From: Flavobacteriales bacterium
Lineage (GTDB): Bacteria; Bacteroidota; Bacteroidia; Flavobacteriales; Flavobacteriaceae
Assembly: GCA_031408335.1 (NCBI GenBank)
Contig: JANNWH010000014.1
Coordinates: 8,784-72,783 of the forward strand
Length of the DNA: 64,000 nt
Reading direction: 5' to 3'
Both the position numbers and the translations under genes were made by a program. Of this stretch, positions 1 to 9,689 are shown in pieces. Position 1 is the first letter of the stretch. Each line of letters begins with the position of its first letter. Below the pieces are notes generated by a model. That model saw only the letters and a list, made by a program, of their open reading frames with translations, was not told the origin of the DNA and made no database searches.

Positions 1-479
1 TAATTAGTAGCATTGGTCTTGGATATGAAACTATTATATCTAATGTATTTAGATCTGCCTCGGCAGATGTATGTTCAAAATATTTCGCAAAAGATATGCA
101 TTCAGGAATGAGGGTAGAAATAGAAAATGCAATTAAAAATAAAATGGAAGAAACACTGTCTGCCCAGGGTATATATGTTCAAGCTGTTCTGATGAAAAGC
201 ATTCAATTACCTGAGGGTCTGGCAAGTTCTATCGAACAGAAACTACAAGCTGAACAAGATGCTATGAGGATGATTTTTATTTTGCAACAAGAAAAATTAA
301 ATGCTGAAAGAAAAACCATTGAAGCAACTGGATCAAGAGATGCTCAAAAAATACTTTCAGAAGGTTTAACTGATCAAATTATTAAGATTAGAAGCATTGA
401 AGCTTTTTTAGAACTATCAAAATCTACAAATAGTAAAATAATAATTACTGACGGAAAAGCACCATTCCTTCTAAATTAA
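1..479 (+). CDS. SPFH/prohibitin (band 7) family protein, 5'-truncated by window edge
   Basis: Frame open from position 3 (ISSIGLG...); C-terminal coiled-coil pattern IEQKLQAEQDAMRM...AERKTIEATG typical of prohibitin-like proteins. Confidence 0.85.
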   Translation, partial: ISSIGLGYETIISNVFRSASADVCSKYFAKDMHSGMRVEIENAIKNKMEETLSAQGIYVQAVLMKSIQLPEGLASSIEQKLQAEQDAMRMIFILQQEKLNAERKTIEATGSRDAQKILSEGLTDQIIKIRSIEAFLELSKSTNSKIIITDGKAPFLLN

Positions 480-654
480 ATTAAAAACAACAAAACAGTA
501 AAAAAATAACCTATTTTACGAATCACAATGCCCTAAAACAAAAGGATGTCTTGTCTGATTAATTGATATCATTAATTCATAAAAATACAATCATTTGAAG
601 GTAAAACAAAATATTTACTAGGACAATTGAAATACTATCCAAAAAATAAAACCA

Positions 655-969
655 ATGGTTAACATCATCATTTATTTAAAAAAACAAGAAAGCGCAAAAG
701 AATTGGTGAAATTTCTTTTAGAAGAAAAATTAATTGCATCAGCAACAATTGATGAAAATAATATTTCTTACAAGCTGGAAAATGGTGCTTTTTCAGAAGA
801 GATATTTAGCGTTATCACTGCTCAGTCAAAATCACTATTGTTTATTGATATTGTAAAGGCTGTGGAAACTAAAACAGGAGAAGATACTCTAATCAATTCA
901 ACACCAATAGTTGGTTCTAATCGTGTTTTTGATAATACCATTACATCCAAAACTATTCCTATAAATTAA
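655..969 (+). CDS. Divergent CutA-like (PII-fold) small protein
   Basis: 104 aa; AKELVKFLLEEKLIASATI resembles CutA N-terminus, but the canonical Cys and YxW motif are absent. Confidence 0.55.
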   Translation: MVNIIIYLKKQESAKELVKFLLEEKLIASATIDENNISYKLENGAFSEEIFSVITAQSKSLLFIDIVKAVETKTGEDTLINSTPIVGSNRVFDNTITSKTIPIN

Positions 970-1149
970 CATAAAAACACGAACATACAATTTATACAAG
1001 AACAGTTTATCCACAACAATACTATAGAACTTATAGACTCTGACTTAAAATAGGTTGAATCAATAATAGCATATAAGAAAATATTTATATACAACGGACA
1101 AGCCGAACACCGTTTCAAGAAGTAGGTAAAAAAAAATAAAAATAAAAAA

Positions 1150-1818
1150 ATGAACAGATTGAAAATGATTTTAGTAGTGCTTTTAACTGCAAGTATTATG
1201 TCATCTTGCAACCAAGCTAAACAGGAAGCAAAAGAACAAACAGACAAAATTGTATCACAAACTAACGAACAAGTACAAAAAGTAATTGACGATTTGGGCT
1301 TAGTGTATGTAGAAGAAGGTGCTCAAACTGTTATTACTTACGACGAGGTAAATGCAGCCCAGCAAGCTTGGTGTGACGCTTTAGTGAAAATCGGAAAATT
1401 GAAAGAAGATGGTGGCGATTACAAAACCTTTGCAAGTGACGTGCTTTCTTCTGCTTACAATTACGACAATGGTAAAGTGTTTTTCAAACCAACATTAGCA
1501 TTTGGCGACAAAACTTTTAGAAACGATAAAAAAGGCGCCTTAGCCTACTTTATAGGTGGCGACACTGATTATCCTACAGATAAAGGTTTTGCATTGACTC
1601 CTTGGGTTAAAGCACGATACGACAATGCAGGAGACAAAAATGAAGGCATTCAAATTTACGGTTCTATTGCCATTACTATGGGTAATGTTTGGGTTACTGG
1701 AAAAGATGGCAAAGAGGTAATGGTTGATAAAACTTGGGTTTTCAAAAAAGGAAAAGACGGGAAACTTAGAATTATTGTGCATAAATCAGCACTGCCATTT
1801 TCACCTCCAACTAAATAA
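1150..1818 (+). CDS. Lipoprotein with COG4337/SnoaL-like domain, putative iota-class carbonic anhydrase
   Basis: Lipobox IMSSC; motifs QQAWCDAL, FKPTL, AYF, DKGFAL, GNVW, VDKTW, LRIIVHKSALPF. Confidence 0.7.
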   Translation: MNRLKMILVVLLTASIMSSCNQAKQEAKEQTDKIVSQTNEQVQKVIDDLGLVYVEEGAQTVITYDEVNAAQQAWCDALVKIGKLKEDGGDYKTFASDVLSSAYNYDNGKVFFKPTLAFGDKTFRNDKKGALAYFIGGDTDYPTDKGFALTPWVKARYDNAGDKNEGIQIYGSIAITMGNVWVTGKDGKEVMVDKTWVFKKGKDGKLRIIVHKSALPFSPPTK

Positions 1819-1825
1819 TTAACTT

Positions 1826-1858
1826 AAAAGGGTTAGGTTTGCAACTTAACCCTTTTTT
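1826..1858 (+). terminator. Intrinsic terminator hairpin
   Basis: AAAAGGGTTAGG-tttgcaa-CTTAACCCTTTT followed by T run. Confidence 0.75.
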
Positions 1859-1869
1859 ATTAAATCGAT

Positions 1870-2649
1870 ATGAATTATAGATTTTTACTTTTCGTTATTT
1901 TGTCTTGTGTCTCTCAGATATCGTTAGCTCAAAACACAAGACTTAACCACAATAATACAATTGGTTGGTATAATTATTTCGGTACATTTAAGTTGTCAGA
2001 TAAGTTTGGCCTGCATACTGAGTACCAATGGCGAAGAGATAATGCAATTACCGATTGGCAACAAGGTCTATTAAGAGTTGGCGTAAATTACAATTTAAAT
2101 CCACGTGTGTTGTTCAGAGTGGGTTATGCTTGGATAGAAACTTTTCCGTATGGTGAATATCCATTAAATAGTTTCGGTAGGGATTTTACAGAGCATAGAA
2201 TTTTTGAAATGGTACAACTTTCGCATAAAGAAGGAATAATAGATTTTTCTCACCGTTTTATGCTAGAACAAAGATTTGTTGGAAGATACAGTTCAGCAAG
2301 TAGGAACACCGAAGATGAATTTCCTTTATTAAATCGAATTAGGTATATGGTTAGACTTCAAGTGCCATTAAAAGGTAAAGAAATTAAAGACAAAACACCC
2401 TATGTTGCTGTTTATGATGAGATATTTATTGGATTTGGAGAAAACGTTAATGCTAATATTTTTGACCAAAATCGAATAGGTTTTTTATTAGGTTATAAAT
2501 TTAATAATATGATAAGAATTGAGGGCGGTTATTTAAATCAAACGCTACAATTTGGAAGACAAATAAATGGACAAAACGTTTTTCAAAACAATTCTGGACT
2601 GATAGTCAATGCCAACTTTGCTATTGACTTAACGAAGAAAAAAAAGTAA
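1870..2649 (+). CDS. DUF2490 outer-membrane beta-barrel protein
   Basis: Signal peptide; EYQWRR, EHRIFE, HRFMLEQRF, YDEIF, FDQNR motifs. Confidence 0.85.
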   Translation: MNYRFLLFVILSCVSQISLAQNTRLNHNNTIGWYNYFGTFKLSDKFGLHTEYQWRRDNAITDWQQGLLRVGVNYNLNPRVLFRVGYAWIETFPYGEYPLNSFGRDFTEHRIFEMVQLSHKEGIIDFSHRFMLEQRFVGRYSSASRNTEDEFPLLNRIRYMVRLQVPLKGKEIKDKTPYVAVYDEIFIGFGENVNANIFDQNRIGFLLGYKFNNMIRIEGGYLNQTLQFGRQINGQNVFQNNSGLIVNANFAIDLTKKKK

Positions 2650-2734
2650 AACTCCTATGATCCCAATGGCTATAGTTCGAAGTAATTTACTAAACTAATA
2701 GATTTTAACTTTTAAGAATTTTAAATTCGAAAAA

Positions 2735-3199
2735 TCAATTTGTTTTCGATTTATATTCATTTAATAAATTCTCAGAAAAAAATAAAGAAGAGTAAGAGTC
2801 ATGTGCCTGAGGATTATTTTTTTCAAAATCGGCTAACTTATCCAAATACAATTTTAATTGCTCTCTGGTCAATAAATTTCTGTAATCTTCTTCTTGACGG
2901 ATTAACGTTTTAACATACAAAGCAGTATCTTTAGTGTCTTCAGAAACATTCATTACTTTATAAATAGCCAATAATTCTTTGTATTGATTGATAAACAACT
3001 CTTTAAAAATCGGGTTTTGTTCTTCTGTATAATTAACAATTGCATAGGTGATTTTACCTTTTGTTTGCCAAAATAATGTTTCACCTAATTCTGCTTTAGC
3101 AACAAAATTTTGCATAACAGCCACTTTTAACTTGATAGTTTTTTCTATCTGAGCAATAGACAACAAAGGAAATAATACCAATAAAATTATTTTTTTCAT
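2735..3199 (-). CDS. Hypothetical exported protein
   Basis: 154 aa ORF with MKKIILLVLFPLLSIAQ signal peptide. Confidence 0.7.
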   Translation of the reverse strand: MKKIILLVLFPLLSIAQIEKTIKLKVAVMQNFVAKAELGETLFWQTKGKITYAIVNYTEEQNPIFKELFINQYKELLAIYKVMNVSEDTKDTALYVKTLIRQEEDYRNLLTREQLKLYLDKLADFEKNNPQAHDSYSSLFFSENLLNEYKSKTN

Positions 3200-3213
3200 T
3201 CAATATAAATTAA

Positions 3214-3242
3214 AAAAGCTTCCAACAAAATTGGAAGCTTTT
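3214..3242. terminator. Terminator hairpin downstream of tRNA-His
   Basis: AAAAGCTTCCAA-caaaa-TTGGAAGCTTTT perfect 12-bp stem. Confidence 0.8.
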
Positions 3243-3252
3243 AAGTTATTTG

Positions 3253-3327
3253 GGTGGATGACCGGGTTCGAACCGGCGACTTCCGGCACCACAAACCAGC
3301 GCTCTAACCAGCTGAGCTACAACCACC
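3253..3327 (-). tRNA. tRNA-His (GUG), G-1 encoded, CCA not fully encoded
   Basis: Reverse complement GGTGGTTGTAGCTCAGCTGGTTAGAGCGCTGGTTTGTGGTGCCGGAAGTCGCCGGTTCGAACCCGGTCATCCACC folds as a cloverleaf with GTG anticodon. Confidence 0.95.
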
Positions 3328-3340
3328 ATTTTAACGATAG

Positions 3341-3348
3341 CAAATGTA
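3341..3348 (-). promoter_or_regulatory. Bacteroidota -7 promoter box for tRNA-His
   Basis: TACATTTG on minus strand matches TAnnTTTG, 13 nt upstream of the tRNA. Confidence 0.65.
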
Positions 3349-3387
3349 TTGCAAAAGTTTTATTTTACAAAGAAAAAAGATTAAAAA

Positions 3388-4107
3388 TTATATCAAATCG
3401 CTTAAGCTATTGACAGCCAAATACCTTTCAACGGTAAATCCTTCGGCATATTCTGTTCCAATAATTCTTCCTAAATCTTGAGATCTGTATTTAACACTGT
3501 CTAAGAAATTTTTTGTTGCAATTGGTGTTTCAGGTTCTTTTGTATTCGGATTATAAAACTGCGAATCGTAAGCCATTATCGAATCCATTTTAATGGAAAT
3601 AAAATCGCTAATATCAACAACAAAATCAGGTGCTACGTTTTTCCATTGGATATAATGATAGACTAACTTTGGTCGCCATGCTTCTTGATTTTTATTATCT
3701 AATTCGGTTTCTATTCGGCGTAAACCAGATAAAAAACAAGCATCCGAAACCAACTGACTTCCTTTTGGATGATCAATATGTCGATCATCAATTGCATTAC
3801 AGAGCACAATTTCTGGACGATATTTCCGTATCATTTTAATAATTTCCAATTGATGTTTTTCATCATTGATAAAAAATCCATCACGCATCCCTAAATTCTC
3901 GCGCACATGAACTCCAAGTATTTTAGCTGCTTTTTCTGCTTCGGCATCTCTAATTTCAGCCGAACCTCGAGTTCCTAATTCGCCACGAGTTAAATCAATA
4001 ATACCCACTTTTTTTCCGAGTGAAATTTCTTTGGCAATAGTTCCGCTACAACCCAATTCAACATCATCTGGATGTGCGCCAAAAGCTAAAATATCTAATT
4101 TCATCAT
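3388..4107 (-). CDS. bshB1: Bacillithiol biosynthesis deacetylase BshB1
   Basis: GAHPDDVELGCSGT, DLTRGELGTRG, DRHIDH motifs; 239 aa. Confidence 0.92.
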   Translation of the reverse strand: MMKLDILAFGAHPDDVELGCSGTIAKEISLGKKVGIIDLTRGELGTRGSAEIRDAEAEKAAKILGVHVRENLGMRDGFFINDEKHQLEIIKMIRKYRPEIVLCNAIDDRHIDHPKGSQLVSDACFLSGLRRIETELDNKNQEAWRPKLVYHYIQWKNVAPDFVVDISDFISIKMDSIMAYDSQFYNPNTKEPETPIATKNFLDSVKYRSQDLGRIIGTEYAEGFTVERYLAVNSLSDLI

Positions 4108-4123
4108 TTTAATTTTTATTAAA

Positions 4124-5185
4124 TTACAAATTTACTATTTTTCTAATTGTCATCGATTTATTAACTGTTTCAATAAATTCATTTTCCGCATTACTATCTT
4201 TTGTAATGCCACAACCAACGTAAATAGTAGCTAAATTATTTTCAAAATCCATACATCGCAAATTAACAAATAAATCAGAATTTTCTTTTTTAAAAGTAAG
4301 ACAATCAATATTCAATTCGCCTAAAAAACCAGTATAAAATTTTCTGTTGTAACCTTCATTTTTGATGATGAATTGCTTAGCAACATCTTTTGGTAAACCG
4401 CAAACAGCAGGAGTTGGATGCAATTTTGAAATCAATTTCCCTAAATCATTTTTCGAAATTAATTTGGTTTTAATATCCGTTTTTATGTGTGCAATAGTTC
4501 CAGCTTTATAGGTATAAGGTTCAGAAACGGAAATTTCATTACAAAATTCTTTCAAACTAGCCACGATAAAATCGGTTACAAATTGTTGCTCTTGTTTTTC
4601 TTTCGATTCCCATACAATTGATTCAGAAAATAATTGTGTTCCAGCTAATGAAACGGTTTTTATTTTCAAATCTTCTTTTTGCAACAATTGCTCTGGAGTT
4701 GCTCCAATCCATAATCCAATTTTAGGATGATAAAAACAATAATTAAATGCATTTGGATAATTAAACTGTAATCCTTTTAGCAACAATTCAATATCTAAAT
4801 TAGGCATTTTATGAACTTCACTTCTTGAAAGAACTACTTTTTTAAAATCACCATTTTTAATTGCTTCTACTCCTTTTTTTACTAGTGTTTTAAATGATTC
4901 TTTTTCTAAGTCTGGAATTATAAAATCAATAGAATTCGATAAATAAAAAGCATCAGTACTTACTTTATCTACATAAATATCCGATGTATCAACAGGAATA
5001 ATATACTTTTCTTCTCCATTAAAAGAAACAAAAGCAAAACCACTTTCAGAAAAATCTTCGATCAAATGCAACGAATCATCTTGTTGAAAAACACCAATAA
5101 ATTTATCAGAATTAGATTTACAATACACTACAAAAGGAAGTTTTTTAGTATATTGATTGGCAACTTTTTGGAATAAAGACATCAT
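4124..5185 (-). CDS. menF: Isochorismate synthase
   Basis: KKVVLSR, GATPEQLL, LHPTPAVCG, R.FYTGFLG, LFVNLRCM, YVGCGIT. Confidence 0.88.
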   Translation of the reverse strand: MMSLFQKVANQYTKKLPFVVYCKSNSDKFIGVFQQDDSLHLIEDFSESGFAFVSFNGEEKYIIPVDTSDIYVDKVSTDAFYLSNSIDFIIPDLEKESFKTLVKKGVEAIKNGDFKKVVLSRSEVHKMPNLDIELLLKGLQFNYPNAFNYCFYHPKIGLWIGATPEQLLQKEDLKIKTVSLAGTQLFSESIVWESKEKQEQQFVTDFIVASLKEFCNEISVSEPYTYKAGTIAHIKTDIKTKLISKNDLGKLISKLHPTPAVCGLPKDVAKQFIIKNEGYNRKFYTGFLGELNIDCLTFKKENSDLFVNLRCMDFENNLATIYVGCGITKDSNAENEFIETVNKSMTIRKIVNL

Positions 5186-5605
5186 TTATCTTCGAGGTAA
5201 AATCATGTTACTTAATTTGCAAATCGACACCAATTTTCCTTCTTCATCTACAATTTTTATTTCCCAAAGATGAATACTTCGTCCTTTGTGAATAATCCGC
5301 GCAGTTCCATAAATAATTCCTTCTCTCTTACTTCGCAAATGATTCGCCGAAATTTCAATTCCGCGAACTTCTTGTTTTTCGGGATTCACAAATAACATTG
5401 ATGCTGCACTTCCAACACTTTCAGCTAAAGCGACACTTGCTCCGCCATGTAATAATCCCATTGGTTGATGCACTCTCGAATTTACTGGCATTTTTGCCGT
5501 TAAAAAATCTTCTCCAGCGTCTATAAACTCCATTTCTAAAGTCGACATTAAGGTGTTTTTTGACATTTCATTACACATTGAAATAATAGCTTCTTTATCG
5601 AACAT
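5186..5605 (-). CDS. PaaI/hotdog thioesterase (likely DHNA-CoA thioesterase, MenI-like)
   Basis: HQPMGLLHGGASVALAESVGS; adjacent to menF. Confidence 0.88.
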   Translation of the reverse strand: MFDKEAIISMCNEMSKNTLMSTLEMEFIDAGEDFLTAKMPVNSRVHQPMGLLHGGASVALAESVGSAASMLFVNPEKQEVRGIEISANHLRSKREGIIYGTARIIHKGRSIHLWEIKIVDEEGKLVSICKLSNMILPRR

Positions 5606-5763
5606 ATTTTTTTTTGTAAAAATACCAATTTTTAGATGACCAATTATAAGAAACTACTGCATTGACAAAATATTTTTGATTTTTTTTCGTTTTTTAAACA
5701 ATTCTAAACCACAAATTTTTAGTTTTAAATTAAATAACTACTTTTACCAAAATTCAACAATTC

Positions 5764-7371
5764 ATGCGCAAACTACTTTTTATACTTTTAACTGGACTAT
5801 TGATAGTAATGTCTTCTTGTCGAAATGATTTTCAATTTGAAACAAGCATAGGCGGTTTAGAGTTTTCAAAAGATACGGTCTATTTAGATACTGTTTTTAC
5901 CAATATTGGTTCAAGTACGTATCGATTAAAAGTATACAACAGAAGTGATAAAGATATTTCTATTCCGCAAGTTAAATTAGCTAGAGGAATTGCTTCTAAA
6001 TACCGAATAATGGTAGATGGAATGACTGGCGATGTTGGAGCACAAGGCAAAATATTTAGTAATGTTGAATTATTGGCTAAAGATAGTTTGTTCATTTTTA
6101 TAGAAGTTACCGCCGATGTTGCAAGTGCCAATCCAACCGATTTTTTATATACTGATAAAATTGAATTCACCAATAGTAGTGGTTCTCCACAAGATGTAGA
6201 TTTGGTGACTTTGATACAAGATGCATATTTTATTTATCCACAAAGAACTGGTACAACAGGAAATTTTCTTTACGAAGCTATCAATTTAGGTGTTGATGTT
6301 GATGATGATAATGAAAATGTAATTGCTGTTGGAAGTAATTTAGATGAATTTGATCCAGTAAACGGAAACGAGTTCACTTGGAATAATTCAAAACCCTATG
6401 TCATTTATGGTTATGCTTTTGTTCCCGATGGAAAAACACTAACTGTAAACGCTGGTGCAAGAGTTCATTTTCATGCGAATTCTGGTTTAATTATCGGTAA
6501 GAATGCAGTTTTAAATATAAATGGAGCTGTTTCTACTACCGAGGCTTTAGAAAATGAAGTCATTTTTGAAGGTGATCGATTGGAACCAATTTATACAGAT
6601 GTTCCAGGGCAATGGGGCGCAATTATTAATTATTCGACTTCCAATTTAAATGTGATAAACCATCTTACGCTAAAAAACGCAACAGTAGGAATTCTTTGTG
6701 GAAATTTAGCAACAACGACCAATACAACTGATTTTCCTAAACTTACGATTAAAAATTCTCAGATTTATAATTGCTCCAATTTAGGAATTTTGGCTCGAAA
6801 ATCAAATGTAATTGGCGAAAATTTAGTTGTCAATTATTGCGGACAAGCTTCATTAGCATGTACTTATGGTGGAACTTATAATTTTACGCATTGTACATTC
6901 AACAATAATTTTAGTAGTTCGAGCCAAGTAGCCGTTTTATTAAATAACTATTTTGAAGATGATGTTGCAATTTATGTCCACGATCTAACGCAAGCCAATT
7001 TTAATAATTGTATTATTTATGGAAGCAATCAAATAGAAATGCTATTGGATAATGAAACCGAAGGTGGTGCTGCATTTAATTATAAATTCAATCATTGTTT
7101 AATTCGATTTAATAATATAAACAATCAGTTTACAAACAATCCGTTATACCAATTTAGTACAGATACAACTCATTATGTAAACTGTTCAATTGCAACAAAT
7201 TCCTCACTATTTAATCCAAGATTTGAAGACATCAACAATAATCAACTTTGGCTTTCTGAAGATTTGAATTTACCATTTGATGCAGCGTCAACCGCTTTAG
7301 TTCCACTTGATATTTTAAATATAAATAGAACTACATCAACCGATTTGGGTGCTTATCAATTTGTTCCTTAA
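5764..7371 (+). CDS. Lipoprotein with Ig-like N-terminus and parallel beta-helix repeats
   Basis: Lipobox VMSSC; FSKDTVYLDTVFTNIGS; Asn-rich NCIIYG/HCTFNN repeats. Confidence 0.75.
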   Translation: MRKLLFILLTGLLIVMSSCRNDFQFETSIGGLEFSKDTVYLDTVFTNIGSSTYRLKVYNRSDKDISIPQVKLARGIASKYRIMVDGMTGDVGAQGKIFSNVELLAKDSLFIFIEVTADVASANPTDFLYTDKIEFTNSSGSPQDVDLVTLIQDAYFIYPQRTGTTGNFLYEAINLGVDVDDDNENVIAVGSNLDEFDPVNGNEFTWNNSKPYVIYGYAFVPDGKTLTVNAGARVHFHANSGLIIGKNAVLNINGAVSTTEALENEVIFEGDRLEPIYTDVPGQWGAIINYSTSNLNVINHLTLKNATVGILCGNLATTTNTTDFPKLTIKNSQIYNCSNLGILARKSNVIGENLVVNYCGQASLACTYGGTYNFTHCTFNNNFSSSSQVAVLLNNYFEDDVAIYVHDLTQANFNNCIIYGSNQIEMLLDNETEGGAAFNYKFNHCLIRFNNINNQFTNNPLYQFSTDTTHYVNCSIATNSSLFNPRFEDINNNQLWLSEDLNLPFDAASTALVPLDILNINRTTSTDLGAYQFVP

Positions 7372-7483
7372 AATACCTTTTAAAATAACTACTTTTATCC
7401 GCCAAAATTAAAAACACTATAAATTTTAATAATTACATCTTTTGACTATTCTTAAAGGTTAAAAGTTTAAAAATAATTTTGGC

Positions 7484-8869
7484 ATGCCTTTACAATTAAG
7501 TTTAAAAAAAATATTTCTTTTAACGGAATATTTGTTATCAATGTTTGCATTTGCGCAAATTCCGCCAAACTATTACATCACAGCAACTGGAACTGGTTAT
7601 CCATTAAAAACCCAATTGCACAATAAAATAAAAGTGCAAACTGTTCTTAGTTATGATGCTTTGTGGGTTACTTATGCAACTTCTGACCGCGACAATCAAT
7701 ATGATTTTGACAATACTGTTATCGATATGTATTCGGAAAATCCAACAGGTTCAGATCCTGTAACTTTTATATACAGTACAAATCAATGTGGAAACTACAC
7801 TATTCAAGGTGATTGTTATAATAGAGAGCATATTATTCCGCAATCGGTATTTAATTCGGCATCACCGATGGTTTCTGATGCACATTTTGTTACTCCAACT
7901 GATGGTTTTGTAAACGGAATGCGTTCTAATAATCCCCACGGAAATGTAGCAACCGCGAGTTGGACATCTTTAAACGGAAGCAAAAGCGGAACCAGCGCTG
8001 TTCCTGATTATACAGGAACTGTTTTTGAACCTTTAAACGAATTCAAAGGCGATATTGCTCGAATGTATTTTTATTTTGCAACTCGATACGAAAATACAGT
8101 AGCAAACTATACCTTTGATATGTTTGATGATTCCAGTGATAAAGTTTTTACAACTTCTTTTTTAAACATGCTTATTAGTTGGCACAATCAAGATCCAGTA
8201 AGCACAAGAGAAATTGTAAGAAATAATGCTATTTATGCTCGACAAAATAATAGAAATCCGTTTATAGATCATCCTGAATATGTAGCTATGATTTGGAATC
8301 CAACTCCAGATATAATTGCGCCAACAAATCCAACAAATTTAGCAGCATCAAATATATCATTTGCAAGCTTAACACTAAACTGGACAGCGTCTACTGATAA
8401 TATTGGTGTAACCGCTTATGATGTGTATATGAATGGATTATTAAGAACCACAGTAACAACAACTACAGCTTTAATAACTGGTTTAAATAGTAATTCCAAC
8501 TATTCATTTTATGTTAAAGCAAAAGATCTTGCTGGAAACGTTTCTTCAAATAGTAATACAATAAGTCCTTTAACTTTACCTTTTATAGATAGTTCTCCGC
8601 CAACAATTCCATCGAGTATTACTAACTCTGCATTAACGTCGACAAGTTTTACAATAAATTGGTCAAATTCTTCCGATAATATTGGGGTTACTGGATATGA
8701 AGTTTATTTAAACGGATTATTAACTACAACTGTCTCAACCACTAGTGCTACAATTACTGGATTAACTCCAATTACAACTTATTCTATAACTTTAAAAGCA
8801 AAAGATGCTGCTGGAAATAGTTCGATTACTAGTCCAATTGTATACCTTACTACTTGCTATTGCCAATAA
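7484..8869 (+). CDS. Secreted endonuclease I-family nuclease with two FN3 domains, no T9SS CTD
   Basis: YNREHIIPQS, KGDIARMYFYFATRY, QNNRNPFIDHPE; two FN3 repeats (W.ASTDNIGVT.Y.VY); ends LTTCYCQ. Confidence 0.85.
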   Translation: MPLQLSLKKIFLLTEYLLSMFAFAQIPPNYYITATGTGYPLKTQLHNKIKVQTVLSYDALWVTYATSDRDNQYDFDNTVIDMYSENPTGSDPVTFIYSTNQCGNYTIQGDCYNREHIIPQSVFNSASPMVSDAHFVTPTDGFVNGMRSNNPHGNVATASWTSLNGSKSGTSAVPDYTGTVFEPLNEFKGDIARMYFYFATRYENTVANYTFDMFDDSSDKVFTTSFLNMLISWHNQDPVSTREIVRNNAIYARQNNRNPFIDHPEYVAMIWNPTPDIIAPTNPTNLAASNISFASLTLNWTASTDNIGVTAYDVYMNGLLRTTVTTTTALITGLNSNSNYSFYVKAKDLAGNVSSNSNTISPLTLPFIDSSPPTIPSSITNSALTSTSFTINWSNSSDNIGVTGYEVYLNGLLTTTVSTTSATITGLTPITTYSITLKAKDAAGNSSITSPIVYLTTCYCQ

Positions 8870-8890
8870 ATAGATTTATAAAAATCACCT

Positions 8891-9571
8891 TTATTTTAAT
8901 GTATTCATAAATTTTACCAATCGTATAAGGTTTTCTTCATTTTTAAAAGAAATCTTATTTTCTTTTATGAATTTTTTCAATTCTTGGGAATAATCTGGTA
9001 GTATAGAAATTATATCTTTTTCCTTTTTGCTTACAGAACTAATTTTTTTAGAAAACCCTATGTAAAATTTTTCTTCCTCTAATTTAAAATGAGCTGGCAC
9101 AGCATCACGATATCCAGAACCTGAATCATACTTAGGAACAAGTGTGATTTTTTCTTTTTTATAAAGAGAAAATTTTCCGTTTATATCATTCAGAAGTACA
9201 ACTAAAAAACCCATCTCAAATCTATTATCAATTTGATATTCAAGATATTTAAAAGATTTATTAGATAATTTTACTTCCAAACTATCTGCTTTAGAGACAT
9301 AATAGGTTTTATCTCCGTCAACAAATTCCAATTCATCTTTGTAAGCATTATATCTAATGGGAGGTGTTGGTCCTGAAATTCCAATAACTTGAGAAGCATA
9401 AAACTTACTGTCAACATAAGGAGAACCTTCAACATTTTCATATTGTTTATCAACATCTTGTGCGAAATATAAAAATCCAGTTGTATTATTATAAATGTCA
9501 AATCTTGCATTTTGTCCAAAGAAGCTGAAAGATGTAAACAGAATTAAAAAACAAACTACTTTATTTATCAT
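8891..9571 (-). CDS. Hypothetical exported protein (Flavobacterium-type EGSPY family)
   Basis: Signal peptide; VEGSPY and IRYNAYKDELEF motifs. Confidence 0.75.
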   Translation of the reverse strand: MINKVVCFLILFTSFSFFGQNARFDIYNNTTGFLYFAQDVDKQYENVEGSPYVDSKFYASQVIGISGPTPPIRYNAYKDELEFVDGDKTYYVSKADSLEVKLSNKSFKYLEYQIDNRFEMGFLVVLLNDINGKFSLYKKEKITLVPKYDSGSGYRDAVPAHFKLEEEKFYIGFSKKISSVSKKEKDIISILPDYSQELKKFIKENKISFKNEENLIRLVKFMNTLK

Positions 9572-9658
9572 ATTTTTATTTTTAGAATAGCTAATGTAGT
9601 CATATAAATTATGCTAAAAACTATTCTTAAGACATTTTTGTATTTGCGCTTTTTATTA

Positions 9659-9666
9659 TAAATTTG
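9659..9666 (+). promoter_or_regulatory. Bacteroidota -7 promoter box for purL
   Basis: TAAATTTG with TTTG at 9637-9640 upstream. Confidence 0.6.
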
Positions 9667-9689
9667 CACAACTACAAAACAACAAAACA

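Noticed and set aside
558-577. ATTAATT-GATATC-ATTAATT upstream of the CutA-like gene
   Set aside because: Single AT-rich occurrence; not distinguishable from chance
2655-2675. ATCCCAATGGCTATAG as a degenerate mini-palindrome
   Set aside because: Too degenerate to assign
3253-3327. U5-U68 mismatch and several G-U pairs in tRNA-His
   Set aside because: The cloverleaf, G-1, promoter and terminator are intact; without comparative data this is ordinary variation
3231-3413. 60-aa ORF
   Set aside because: Antisense shadow of tRNA-His and its terminator
5733-7397. Shared 14-mer AATAACTACTTTTA at 5733 and 7384
   Set aside because: AT-rich and explainable as a variant housekeeping -7 box
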